64,000 nt of DNA from an uncultured Acidobacteriota bacterium (GCA_963822445.1 CAWGHO010000002.1:2208001-2272000); one strand, 5' to 3'; positions 29,301 to 40,616 are shown, counted from the stretch's first letter. The notes: generated from the sequence alone by a model not told the origin. A program made the numbers and translations.

Positions 29301-30875
29301 TCATGAAGATCTTGTGAAGGTGCCGAGGATGCGCGTGACCCGTTCGTCTTTGCGCGCTTCTTCGAGACTGAGCTTGAACCGCTGCTTCCAGCTTTTCTCG
29401 GGTATGCCCGGCACGTTCTGCGGTTCGGTCTCGCCCCACAGGTCTTCGAGATTGATCAGCACGACTTCGGCATCACTGTCCGCGAGAAACGTCAGGATGT
29501 TCCGGAGGACATCCCCTTTGCCGACCTGCTTCTCGATCTTCTCGCGGAGCTTCGCGCGCGACTCGCGTTCTTTCTTCGCACCTTTGTCATCGAGCAAACC
29601 CTGCTCGACGCGGTCGTCGATGTCCTTGCCGCTCCAGAACGCGGCGAAGGTGGGCATGTCGTGCGTGTTGATGCTGGCCACTGAGGTCGCGGGCGGATCG
29701 GAAAGAGGCGGCGTTTCCGGTTTGGCCTCGTACTGCACGACGTACATCCGCCGCAGTCCGTGGCGTTGCATCGCCTTCGGCACATACTCGGGAACGGTGC
29801 CGAGGTCCTCGCCGACGATCGCGCAGCGGTTGCGGGCCGATTCGAGGACCACGATCGCGTAGAGCTCTTCGTCGCGATAGCGCACGTACACGCCGTCCTT
29901 CGCGTCCATGCCGTCGGGAATCCAGTAGAGACGATGCAAGCCCATGACGTGATCGAGACGGAGGATGCTCGCGTGCCGGGCGTGATGGGCGATGGCCGCG
30001 CGAAAGTAGCGATAACGATCGGCGCGCAACGCCTCGGGGTGAAACGGCGGAAAGCCCCAGTTCTGGCCTTTGGTGAAGAACGAGTCAGGTGGTGCGCCGA
30101 CGGAAGCGCCCTTCGCGAAGAGGTGCGAGTACTTCTTGACGTCGTATCCGCCGCTGTTCACGCCGAGGGGGAAGTCCAGATACAGGCCTTTCGCGCTGAG
30201 CTTTTCCATCTGCTGGGCCATGCGGTACTGGACGTAGAGGTGATAGCGCTCGTCGCCGCGGAAGCGTGCGTACTCGCGCGCATGGTTGGCGAAATGCTCG
30301 AATGCAGTGTCGGGTACGAAGCGTTCCGCGCATTGCCTCAAGCGCAAGCTCTGGACTGCGGCAGCGTCAGCTGCCGCTCTCTCCGGGAGTGAGAGCGGCG
30401 GCTCTGCCGCCGCAGTCCAGAATTCAGGCAGCGCCTCGACATCGAGGTAGCGCTCGTTCCAGAACAACCGCGAGACCGGTGAATACGGACTCGGCTCGTC
30501 ATCAAAGGCTGCGAGCAATGGAAGTGTGGCCACGACGCTGCCGCCGAGCTCGCGGACCCAATCCATGTAGGCCTGCAGGTCGCCGAGATCGCCGCCGTTC
30601 GGCGGCACGGCGTACAGCGGGAGAAAGATGCCCCACGTTCGTTGCGGCGGTGCGTAGGCCTTGCGCGGCGCGTGAATGAGCAGCGTGTCGCCGTCGAGCG
30701 TGTGATAGCCGAACGGGAGCGGATCGCGGCGATTCCATGTGCTGCCTTCTTCGAGCTCGATCTCGCCATCCGGTACGTGCGCGTTTTCCCACACCACACG
30801 CACCGGTTCGGTCGCGGAAGGCTGGTATTGATCGAGAATTTTCTGAACTGCTGCGACTGACTCGCGCTGACCCAT
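29301..30875 (-). CDS. malQ: 4-alpha-glucanotransferase (GH77), compact form
   Basis: SPYSPVSR, GAPPDSF, LRLDHVMG, VGEDLG, THD. Confidence 0.9.
   Translation of the reverse strand: MGQRESVAAVQKILDQYQPSATEPVRVVWENAHVPDGEIELEEGSTWNRRDPLPFGYHTLDGDTLLIHAPRKAYAPPQRTWGIFLPLYAVPPNGGDLGDLQAYMDWVRELGGSVVATLPLLAAFDDEPSPYSPVSRLFWNERYLDVEALPEFWTAAAEPPLSLPERAAADAAAVQSLRLRQCAERFVPDTAFEHFANHAREYARFRGDERYHLYVQYRMAQQMEKLSAKGLYLDFPLGVNSGGYDVKKYSHLFAKGASVGAPPDSFFTKGQNWGFPPFHPEALRADRYRYFRAAIAHHARHASILRLDHVMGLHRLYWIPDGMDAKDGVYVRYRDEELYAIVVLESARNRCAIVGEDLGTVPEYVPKAMQRHGLRRMYVVQYEAKPETPPLSDPPATSVASINTHDMPTFAAFWSGKDIDDRVEQGLLDDKGAKKERESRAKLREKIEKQVGKGDVLRNILTFLADSDAEVVLINLEDLWGETEPQNVPGIPEKSWKQRFKLSLEEARKDERVTRILGTFTRSS
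30351..30420. repeat. REP-like palindrome in frame within malQ
   Basis: CTGGACTGCGGC...GCCGCAGTCCAG outer stem plus an inner stem. Confidence 0.8.
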
Positions 30876-31641
30876 CTACCCGCGTTTTTGCAGCATCTGA
30901 GCCGCGACGCTGATGGCGATCTCCTGCGGATGATTCGATCCGATCTCCAGTCCAACCGGGCAGAAGAACGCCTTGGTGATCTCCTCGGGCAACCCCGCAT
31001 CGAGGATGTCCTGCTTGAGCCGCTTTGCTTTGGCGTTGCTACCGATCACGCCGAGGTAGGGGAAGGTTCGGGTGCGGAGGATCTCGATGAGGATCGGCTT
31101 GTCGGTGGTGTGGCCCATGGTCATGAGCACCACGTACGACCCTTCCGGAATCTTCGCGACCTCCGCCGGCATGTCCGCGGCGAGCACCTTCGTCAGCCGC
31201 GGCGCGTCGGAGGATTTTCGACAGCCATTCCTCGCGCGGATCGATGCAGGTGACGCGGCAGTCGAGCTTCAGCAGGACGTCGACGAGCGCGTTCGCGACA
31301 TGACCCGCGCCGAACACGACGATGTTCCAGCGGATGACGTTGAAGGCCTCGAAGTAGACCCGGACGATGCCGCCGCAGGTCATGCCGATGTCTTTTTCGA
31401 GGCTCCACTGATGAAAGCGCGTCTTCGGTGCGGTGTCGTCAGCGAGCATCTGCTGCGCCTCGGCGATCGCGCGCGCTTCGATCTTCCCGCCGCCCACCGT
31501 CCCGAACTCGCGGCCGTCCGCTGTGACGAGCATCTTCGACCCGCGATCCTGCGGCGTGGAGCCGAGCGTGTCGACGACGGTCACGGCGATGAAGGGCCGG
31601 CCGGATTCGACGAGGTCGTTGAGGGCTTCGAAGAAGGTCAC
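30876..31641 (-). pseudogene. xdhC: Xanthine dehydrogenase accessory protein, frameshift near 31210
   Basis: GSTPQ..GSKM, GTVGGG, CGG, FGAGHV, then YLGVIGS..K, CPVG, PQEIA. Confidence 0.88.
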
Positions 31642-31647
31642 GTTCTG

Positions 31648-31754
31648 AGTTTATCCCGCGCGCAGACGCGGGATCTCTTCGTGCACCGGCAGCGTCGGAG
31701 CCATGCTAGTCGTTGGTGCACCGTGAGATCCCGCGTCTGCGCGCGGGATAAACT
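31648..31754. repeat. 30-bp perfect inverted repeat (REP/MITE-like)
   Basis: AGTTTATCCCGCGCGCAGACGCGGGATCTC and its reverse complement. Confidence 0.9.
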
Positions 31755-31761
31755 TTGATAA

Positions 31762-33020
31762 ATGCGCATTCGCTCCAACCGCGTGGTCCTCCCCGAGGGC
31801 ATCCGCCCGGCGACGATCGTCATCGAAGGCGAGCAAATCGCCGCCATCGAGAACGGACCAGCCGACCACGACCACGGCGACGTGGTGATCATGCCCGGCC
31901 TCGTCGATTCGCACGTGCACGTGAACGAGCCCGGCCGCACGGAGTGGGAGGGATTCGAGACTGCGACGCGGGCCGCATCCGCGGGAGGCATCACGACCAT
32001 CGTCGACATGCCGCTCAACTCGATTCCGGCGACGACGACTCTCGCCGCGCTGGAGATCAAGCAGCGCGCGCTCGAAGGCAAGTGCCAGGTCGACGTCGCG
32101 TTGTGGGGCGGAGTCGTGCCCGGCAACACGAAAGAGCTGCGGCCGATGCTCGAGGCCGGGCGCGGCCGGCTTCAAGTGCTTTCTCGTGCATTCGGGCGTC
32201 GAGGATTTCCCGAACGTAAACGAAGAGGAGTTGCGCGAAGCCGCGAAGGAGCTCGCGTCGACCGGCGCGCCGCTGCTCGTGCACGCGGAGCTTCCCGAGT
32301 ACATCGAAAGCACGGCCGGCGAGCGACTACCGCACCTATCTCGCATCGCGGCCGAACGAGGCGGAGGACAAAGCGATCGAGCTGCTGCTGCGCGTCTGCC
32401 GCGACACCGGCGCGCGCATTCACATCGTCCATCTCTCCTCGGCCAGCGCGCTGAAGACGCTCGAGCTCGCGCGACGCCAGCGATTGCCGCTCACCGCCGA
32501 GACCACCACGCATTACCTGCACTTCGATGCGGAGTCGATCCCGTACGGCCACACCGAATACAAATGCGCGCCGCCGATCCGCGAGCGCGCGAATCGCGAG
32601 CGGTTGTGGGGCGCGCTGAAGGATGGGCTGATCGACGTGGTGGTCAGCGATCACTCGCCCTGCACGCCGCATCTGAAGCAGGGCGATTTTCAAACCGCGT
32701 GGGGCGGCATCTCGTCGCGTGCAGTTCGTGCTGCCGGTGACGTGGACGAATGCCCGCGCTCGCGGATTCAGCGATCGACGACGTTGCCAGGTGGTGCTGC
32801 GCGTCGACGGCGCGGCTCGCGGGGCTGGAGCACAAGGGCGCGATCGAAGTGGGCAAGGATGCCGACTTTGCGGTGTGGTCGCCAGAGGAATCGTTCGTGG
32901 TGACGCGAGGAGATCATCGAGCACCGGCACAAGGTCACGCCGTACCTCGGCGCGAAGCTGCAGGGGGTGGTGAAGGAGACGTGGGTTCGAGGTTCCTTGG
33001 TCTATCCTTCGACGCGCTAG
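31762..33020 (+). pseudogene. allB: Allantoinase, several frameshifts
   Basis: DSHVHVNEPGRTEWEGF, DMPLNS, KCAPPIR, SDHSPC, AWGGISS spread over several frames. Confidence 0.88.
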
Positions 33021-33043
33021 CGTCGGAGGATAGACTCTCGAGG

Positions 33044-34493
33044 ATGCGGCCAGACTTTCACGAATTAATCGACCTCGCCTCCGAACGCCTCGGCGGCGAG
33101 CGTCGTCTACGCAAACGACGACTTCTTCGCCGAGAAGGAGAACCTCATCAGGCCCGCGCCGGCCGTGTGGAAAGAGCACGAGTACACCGACCGCGGGAAG
33201 TGGATGGACGGGTGGGAATCGCGGCGCAAGCGCGTCCCGGGCCATGACTTCGCGATCATCCGCCTCGGCGCGCGCGGCGTCGTGCGCGGCGTGGTCGTCG
33301 ATACGGCGTTCTTCCGCGGGAACTATCCCGGCGTCATGCTCGATCGACGGCGTTTCGCTGCGACCCGACGCCGACGTCGAGACGCTGCTCGCCGCCGAAT
33401 GGCACGAGCTGCTTCCGCAGTCGGAGCTCCAGGGCGACAGCGAGAACCTCATTCGAAGTCGCGAACGGCGCAGCCGTCTCGCATCTGCGCTTCAACATTT
33501 TCCCCGACGGCGGCGTGGCGCGTCTGCGCGTGCACGGCGAGGTCGTTCCGGACTGGCGCCTCGTCGGCGGCCTCGGCGAACGAGATCGATCTCGCGGCCG
33601 CGGAGAACGGCGGCGAGGTGCTGACGTGCAGCGACATGTTCTTCGGCCCGAAGCACAACCTGATCATGCCCGGCCGCGCGAAGAACATGAGCGACGGCTG
33701 GGAAACGCGTCGCCGCCGCGGGCCGGGACACGATTGGGTGATCGTGCAGCTTGCGACCGCGGGACGCGTGAGGCGGATCGAGCTCGACACGAATCACTTC
33801 AAGGGCAACTACCCCGACACGGCTTCGATCGACGGATCGCGCGACGGTGAGACCTGGACCGAAATCCTGCCGCGCACGAAACTGCAGGCACACACGCGGC
33901 ACTTCTTCATCGACGAGCTCCAGAGCGACGGGCCGTTCACGCATCTGCGGCTCAACGTTTATCCCGATGGGGGCGTTAGCCGGATGCGGGTGTGGGGAGT
34001 GGCGACGGAGGAAGGCAGGCGCGCGGCCGCGGTGCGTCGCGTTAACACTCTGCTCGATCCGCGTGTCCTTCTCACCGTGAACGCATCGACGACGTGGGCG
34101 AACGCGATGGACCGCGCGCGGCCGTTCAAGTCGTGGGACGAGATGATCGCGATGTCCGACAAGATCTGGACGCGCATCGACGCCAGCGACTGGCTCGAGG
34201 CCTTCGCCGCGCATCCGCGCATCGGCGACCGCAAACCGGGATGGTCCTCGCAGGAACAGGCCGGAACGCGGGGCGCGGCCGACGAAACGATGCGCGAGCT
34301 CGCCGAGATCAATCGCGCGTACGAGGATAAATTCGGCTTCGTGTACCTCGTCTGCGCGACGGGCAAGTCGGCCGACGAAATGCTCGCCATCGCGAAGAGC
34401 CGCATCGGCAACGATCGCGATACCGAACTGAAAAACGCCGCCGAGGAGCAGCGGAAGATCACCGCGATCCGGCTGGAGAAACTGGTGCTCTGA
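33044..34493 (+). pseudogene. alc: Allantoicase fused to OHCU decarboxylase, frameshifted
   Basis: DGWESRRKR, DGWETRRRR, PDGGVSR; C-terminal EAFAAHPRIG, SSQEQAG, YEDKFGF. Confidence 0.85.
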
Positions 34494-34798
34494 TGGCAGG
34501 AATCACCACTCATGTCCTCGACACGGCCAAGGGCAAGCCCGCGGCCGGCGTAAGCATCACCCTGCTGCGCGATGACGAAGCGCTGTTCGTTGGCGAGACC
34601 GACGCGGACGGCCGCGCACGGTTGTTGGACAAGGCCGAACCGGGCACGTATCAACTGCTCTTCGACACCGGCGCGTACAACTCCGACGGCTTCTTTCCGA
34701 TCGTCACGATCGTGTTCCGCATCGAGAACCCCGATCAGCACTACCACGTGCCGCTGCTTCTGAGCCCGTTCGGGTACGCGACGTATCGCGGTTCGTGA
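34493..34798 (+). CDS. uraH: 5-hydroxyisourate hydrolase
   Basis: ITTHVLD...HYHVPLLLSPFGYATYRGS. Confidence 0.95.
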   Translation: MAGITTHVLDTAKGKPAAGVSITLLRDDEALFVGETDADGRARLLDKAEPGTYQLLFDTGAYNSDGFFPIVTIVFRIENPDQHYHVPLLLSPFGYATYRGS

Positions 34799-34835
34799 TG
34801 AGGAAAGGCAGGCCAGAGGCCTGCACCACACGACG

Positions 34836-36131
34836 CTACACCGCGCGCCGTCCCTGCAGAATCTTCACGAACGACCGCGACCGCAACTCTTCCAACCTCA
34901 GCCCCGTCGCCAGCGCCTCTTCTTCGGTGAGCGCGCCGCTGTTCATGCCGCGAATGAAGTAGTTCAGCAGGCCCTGGCCCGTGGCCGCGTCGTCGAACAC
35001 GTCGCCGACCAGCGTCGCCTGCCCGGCCTTCTCCATGAAGTTGCGCAGGCGATCCGTCGCGGCCTCGAGGCCGTCGAGGAAGAACGAGTAGACCGCGGCG
35101 TAACGCGTCGGCAGCTGCGCGGGATGCAGGTCCCAGCCCTGGTAGTACGCGTGAACCAGCGAGTGGCGTATGTGCTGGACGTGCAGGTGCCAGGCGCGGT
35201 GGATGGTCTCGCGATCGCCGATGGGGAGGATGTTCGTCGCGCCGTCGGAGAGCCAGATGCCCGTGCCGGCGTAGGCGATCTGCATCATGTGCCGCGCGAA
35301 ATCGCACGACGGGTGGTCCATCCGCTGTTCGGCCGCCGTGATGTTGCAACTCGCGGTGTAGTCGTACGTTCCGAAATGCGCGGCGACCGCACGGCCGCGC
35401 GCGGCGTCGAGGAAGCGCGGCAGGTTCGACTCGCCGCGCTCGCTCAGAATCGATTGCGTCGTCTCGATCATGAACTCGAGCCGCAACGTGTCGCGACCCA
35501 GTCCGAGCTTCGCCTCCAGCTCGTCGTAGACATCCGCGAGCAGCGTGACCTGTTCCGGTAGCTGAATCTTCGGCAGCGTGACCACCCAGTTTCCTGGCAG
35601 CTGGCCGTTCGTTTCGTCGAGGAGCGTCGTCAGCAGGATGTCGAGCGTGCGCAGACTGCGGCGCATCAGCTCCTGGGTCAGCGGCTTGATGCGGATGCCG
35701 ATGAACGGCGGCAGCGTGCCTTCGCGCATCCCCTTGGCGATCTCGCGAGCGACGCTCTCCGCGTGACCGTCTTCTTCGGCATCGGGTCGATTGCCGTAGC
35801 CGTCCTCGAAGTCGATGCGGAAGTCTTCGACCGGCTCGCGCGCCAGCTTCTCGACCACGCGCTGCCAGACGACTTCGGCATGCGAGTCAGGAATGCCGAT
35901 CGCACGCGCGAAGGTGAACGGATCGACGCCGTGCGTGTCGAGCGCCTGCGCGGCCTTCTCGCCGAGCTTGCGGGCCGTGTCCGATTTGAACAGATGCGCG
36001 CCGCCGTAGACGGTGTGTACGGGCTGCCGCTCGCCGGCGCTGCCGGGAAAGCGGCGCATGAACGGGACGAGGGCCCGTTCGAGCGGCTGCGTCAGTGATT
36101 GGAGATGTGCGGAGGTGAGTGTCGTCTTCAC
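34836..36131 (-). CDS. HpcH/HpaI-citrate lyase superfamily (DUF6986-like) protein
   Basis: RQPVHTVYGGA, DFRIDFEDGYG, HFGTYDY, QGWDLHPAQL; GTG overlaps the puuD stop. Confidence 0.75.
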   Translation of the reverse strand: MKTTLTSAHLQSLTQPLERALVPFMRRFPGSAGERQPVHTVYGGAHLFKSDTARKLGEKAAQALDTHGVDPFTFARAIGIPDSHAEVVWQRVVEKLAREPVEDFRIDFEDGYGNRPDAEEDGHAESVAREIAKGMREGTLPPFIGIRIKPLTQELMRRSLRTLDILLTTLLDETNGQLPGNWVVTLPKIQLPEQVTLLADVYDELEAKLGLGRDTLRLEFMIETTQSILSERGESNLPRFLDAARGRAVAAHFGTYDYTASCNITAAEQRMDHPSCDFARHMMQIAYAGTGIWLSDGATNILPIGDRETIHRAWHLHVQHIRHSLVHAYYQGWDLHPAQLPTRYAAVYSFFLDGLEAATDRLRNFMEKAGQATLVGDVFDDAATGQGLLNYFIRGMNSGALTEEEALATGLRLEELRSRSFVKILQGRRAV

Positions 36132-36892
36132 TGCTTGCGAATGATATGCGCGACCGCCCATCCGACGAGCGTGAGCACCGCCAGCACGGTCCACTCATAG
36201 CCGCGCGTGGCCACCGGGTAGTGGTTGCTGATCATGATCAAGACGACGGGGATGACGATGTAGGTGTTGTGCTTCGAGCGGAACTTCGCGCGGTCGACGA
36301 GGACTTTGTCCGGCTCGCGTCCTTCGCGCAACGCCGCGATGTAGCGGCGCTGGCCGGGGAGAATGCGCATCCAGACGTTGGCGGCCATGATCGTGCCGAG
36401 GACGGCGCCGACGTGCATGTAGGCGGCGCGGGGGCTCATGACCTGCGGGAGCCACCAGCCGAGCGCGACGATGAGCACGTAGGAAATGAGGATGGCCAGC
36501 GGCTCGATCTTCGCCAGCGGCGAGATCCACAGCAGGTCGTAAATGATCCAGCCGACGATGATCGCGCCGATGCCGACCATCGCCGCGGTCTGGAAGTTCT
36601 TCCCTTCATCGACCAGCAATCCACCCGCGTAGTAGATGAGGATCAGCAGGGGAATGCCGCTCAGCCAGGTCAGCGCCGCTTCCCACTTGAACCAGTGCAG
36701 GCCGTGCGATGCGGACGGTTTGCTCTGCTTTTCGACGACGTAGAACCCGCCGCTGTGGACCATCCACACCTGTTCCGGGTCGGTGGTGTGGAACCGGCGA
36801 TCGAGCCAGGTGAAGTAGTACGTCGCGCCCACCCACATGATCCCTGCGAAGACGTGCGTCCAGCGCAGCGCGAGGCTCAGCCACTCCTGCAT
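36128..36892 (-). CDS. puuD: Urate hydroxylase PuuD (membrane domain only)
   Basis: RWTHVFAGIMWVG, WMVHSGGFY, HWFKWEA, RSKHNTY, MISNHYP. Confidence 0.85.
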   Translation of the reverse strand: MQEWLSLALRWTHVFAGIMWVGATYYFTWLDRRFHTTDPEQVWMVHSGGFYVVEKQSKPSASHGLHWFKWEAALTWLSGIPLLILIYYAGGLLVDEGKNFQTAAMVGIGAIIVGWIIYDLLWISPLAKIEPLAILISYVLIVALGWWLPQVMSPRAAYMHVGAVLGTIMAANVWMRILPGQRRYIAALREGREPDKVLVDRAKFRSKHNTYIVIPVVLIMISNHYPVATRGYEWTVLAVLTLVGWAVAHIIRKQ

Positions 36893-36900
36893 TGTGTAGT

Positions 36901-39222
36901 TCACGCGACGGCCGTCCCACGCTTCGTGTACTGCGTCAATCGCATCAAAATCTCCTCGTTCGTCGCCGGCAACTGCAGTTGGGGCACGTCGCCGTTCGAC
37001 ACGAACGTCAGCGCGTGCTTCACCGCCGTCCAGACAGAGATGGCCATGAGCAGCGGCGGCTCGCCGACGGCTTTGCTGCCGCCGACGTTGACCGGGTTGT
37101 CGTGATCGATCCAGTCGACGTTGAACACTTCGGGCAGGTCGTTGATGTTCGGGATCTTGTACGTCGTCGGCGAATGCGACAGCAGCACGCCCTTGTCGTC
37201 GTAGCGCAGCTCCTCGGTCGTGACCCAGCCCATGCCCTGGATGAATCCGCCGACGAGCTGGCCGCGGTCGACGCCGGGATTGATGGGACGGCCGATGTCC
37301 ATGAGCACATCCGAGCGCAGCACCTTCATCTCGCCGGTGAACCGATCGATCAGCACCTCGGAACAAGCCGTGCCCATGGTGAAGTAGAGGAAGGGATTGC
37401 CGCTGCCGCTGGTCCAGCTCCAGTCGATGCGCGGCGTGGCGTAGAAGCCGCGCTCGCCGAGCGGCACGCGCAGCTTGTAGGCCATGCTCACCAGGTTCTC
37501 GAAGCTGATGCGCGTTCCGACGCGGCGGTCGTCCCAGACCCAGCCGTCTTCGAAAAGAATCGATTCCGGCGAAGCCTCGACGTCGCGTTCATGGACGGCG
37601 ATCTCCCGCGCGGCGACGTCGGCCAATCTCGCGCGGATGCGGCGGCACGCGTCCAGCGCCGCGGCGCAGTTCAGATCGGCGCCGCTCGAGGCCGCGGTCG
37701 CGGAGGTGTTGTTGTTCTTCTCGGTCGAGGTGATCATCACCATCACCCGATCGATGGCGATCGCCCAGCTCGTCCGCGACGACCTGGCGGATCTTCGTGT
37801 TCACGCCCTGGCCCATCTCCGTGGCGCCGGTCGAGACCTGCACCGTTCCGTCGAGGTAGACGTTGACCAGGGCGTTGGCCTGGTTGAGGAACTTGGTGTT
37901 GAAGGAGATCCCGAACTTCACCGCGCTCATCGACAGACCTTTGAGATGCGTCTTCGACGTCGCGTTGAAATCGCGGACGGCCTGCATGCGCGCGCGAGTA
38001 GTCGGAGCGATCGGTGAGCTCGAGGAAGAGCCGCGGCAGGGTGTTGTTGCGCACGATCTGCCCGTACGGCGTCACATTGCGCGAATCGACGCCGTAGCAG
38101 TTGGTCTTGCGGATCTCGATCGCGTCCTTCCTCAGAAAGTGAGCGATCTCCTCCATCACGTTCTCGATGGTGGCGACGCCCTGCGGTCCGCCGAATCCGC
38201 GGAAGGCTGTGTTCGGCGGCATGTTGGTGCGGCAGACCGTTCCGCGGATCTCGATGTTCGGGATGAAGTACGCGTTCTCAGCGTGGGTCATCGCGCGAGC
38301 CATGACCGCGAGCGAGAGATCGGCGTACGCGACCACCCTGCGAATAGAGATCGACTTTCAGCGCGACGATCTCGCCGGTGCGGGTGAACCCGACGCGATA
38401 GCGGTTCTGGAACGGGTGGCGTTTTCCCGTCACGTGCATGTCCGTGTCTTTGTCGTAGACGATGCGCGCCGGCCGCCGCGTCTTCTGCGCGACGAGCGCC
38501 GCCATGGCCGCGGGATGCGTGGCCTGCGACTCCTTGCCGCCGAATGCGCCGCCCATCCGCTTCGTCGACACCACGACTTCATGCATTCCCAATCCGAGGA
38601 GGTGGGCGATGACTTCCTGCACCTCGGTCGGATGTTGCGTCGACGACAGCACGTTCAGCGCGCCGTTCTCACCCGGCTGAATCAGCGCGGCCTGGGACTC
38701 GAGGTAGAAGTGGTCCTGCCCTTTGTTGACGAAGACGCCTTCGATGACGTGCTCCGCTCCGGCCATCGCCCCGTCGGCATCACCGCGGCGGATGAAGCGC
38801 GTCTCGCCGATGAAGCTGTTCGCGGCGATGGCCTCGTCGATGGTGAGAATCGGCTGCAATTCTTCGAAGTCGATCCGCACCGCTTTCTTCGCGGCCTCGA
38901 CAGCCTGGCGCGTCTCCGCGGCAATGACCACGATCGGCTGCCCGCGAAACGTGCAGATCTCTTCGACCAGCAGCGGCTCGTCTTTGATGATCGGCCCGAA
39001 CTGGTTGTGATGCAGATCGTGATGCGTGTAGACGCCCGCAACGCCGGGGACCTTCAGCGCCTCGGCGACGTCGATCGAACGAACGCGCGCATGCGAAAAC
39101 GGCGACCAGACGAAGTCGACCAGCAGCTCGCCGTGCAGCGGCGGAATGTCGTCGACATACAGCGACTGGCCGGTCACATGGCCGCGCGCGGAGTCGTGGA
39201 CGACGTTCTTGCCTACGTACAT
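36901..39222 (-). pseudogene. xdhB: Xanthine dehydrogenase molybdopterin subunit, frameshifted
   Basis: HDSA..HVTG, QDHFYLE, RMGGAFGGKE, AFRGFGGPQG, TEMGQG, SKAVGEPP spread over several frames. Confidence 0.9.
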
Positions 39223-40616
39223 GTCTCGTAATAGAAGCGCTGGAGAACATTCTCCGCGAGTTGCAGCCTGAATTCACGCGAGCCGCGCACATCGGCAATC
39301 GGCGCGATCTCGTTCCGGGCAATCTCACCCGCCTCGGCGAAGGTATCGAGGCTGACCGGTTTTCCCGCGAGAAACTCCTCGGTCTTCTGAAGCCGCAACA
39401 CCACCGGCGCGACACCGCCGTACGCGATGCGGATCGAATCGACTCGCCCGTCCGTGCGGCGCATGAGCATCGCCGCGGTGAACGTGGAGATGTCGAGATG
39501 GCTGCGCTTCGAGACTTTGTACAGGCGCAGCGTGTCGCCGTTCGCGGGGAGAGGAATGATGATGCGGGTGATGATCTCGTCGGGACGGAGATCGAGGGTT
39601 TTGTATCCGAGGTAGAAGTCCTTGATGGGGAGGTTCCGGGGGCCGGAGGATCCCATCAGCTCGAGCGTGGCGCCGGTCACGAAGAGGAACGGCAGCGTGT
39701 CGGCGATCGGCGACGCATTGGCGATGTTCCCCGCGACGGTGCCGGCGTTCTTGATCTGCGGCGAGCCGAAGCGGTCCATGATCCCGGCGAGCTCCGGAAC
39801 GAGATCGCGCACCGCAGATTCGAACTGCGCGAGCGAAACGCGGCCGCCGACATGCAGCTCTCCGCCTTCGAGCTTCACATCGCCGAGGCCTTCGATGGCG
39901 TCGAGCGACAGCACGGCTTCCGGTACGAAGCCGCGTTTCGTGCGCCACACGCCGAAGTCCGTCGCGCCCTGGACGATCACGCATTTCGGATGATCGACCT
40001 TGAAGGCGATCGCGCTCTGGAGATCGACAGGTTTGAAGAACGTACCGATTTGAACGGGCTCCGTCGCGATTTTCTCGATCTCCGCGATGATCGGCGCGCT
40101 GGGATAAATCTGTTCCATGCGCGGCGCTTCGGTCGATTCGAGGGCGGCGTTGATGATCGGCTCGTAGCCCGTGCAGCGGCAGAGATTGCCGGTCAGCGCG
40201 GCGCGGACATCCTTCGCGGTCGCATGCTCGACGCACTCGAGCATTCCGGTCATGGCCACGATGAAGCCGGGCGTGCAGTAACCGCACTGCGCGCCGTGGC
40301 AGCGGACCATCGCTTCCTGAATCGCGCTGAGCCGCTCCGGACCGCCGCTCACGCCTTCGACGGTGACGACATGCGCGCCGTCGAGCTGGAAGACGAACTG
40401 GATGCAGGAGTTGATGACCCGGTAGCGGAGTCGGTCGCCGTCGCGCCGTCCCACCATCACCGTGCACGCGCCGCAATCGCCTTCCTCGCAGACGATCTTG
40501 GTTCCCACCGCCCCGCGGCCTTCATCGCGCAGAAATCGGGAGAGCGTCTCGAAGACGCGCTCGCCGGTGACGCGGTGGGGACGGCCGTTGATGTGAAGGA
40601 GGACGTAGTCGCGCAT
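39213..40616 (-). CDS. xdhA: Xanthine dehydrogenase small subunit (2Fe-2S plus FAD)
   Basis: GTKIVCEEGDCGAC, QCGYCTPG, GNLCRCTGY, GNIANASP. Confidence 0.93.
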   Translation of the reverse strand: MRDYVLLHINGRPHRVTGERVFETLSRFLRDEGRGAVGTKIVCEEGDCGACTVMVGRRDGDRLRYRVINSCIQFVFQLDGAHVVTVEGVSGGPERLSAIQEAMVRCHGAQCGYCTPGFIVAMTGMLECVEHATAKDVRAALTGNLCRCTGYEPIINAALESTEAPRMEQIYPSAPIIAEIEKIATEPVQIGTFFKPVDLQSAIAFKVDHPKCVIVQGATDFGVWRTKRGFVPEAVLSLDAIEGLGDVKLEGGELHVGGRVSLAQFESAVRDLVPELAGIMDRFGSPQIKNAGTVAGNIANASPIADTLPFLFVTGATLELMGSSGPRNLPIKDFYLGYKTLDLRPDEIITRIIIPLPANGDTLRLYKVSKRSHLDISTFTAAMLMRRTDGRVDSIRIAYGGVAPVVLRLQKTEEFLAGKPVSLDTFAEAGEIARNEIAPIADVRGSREFRLQLAENVLQRFYYETCT

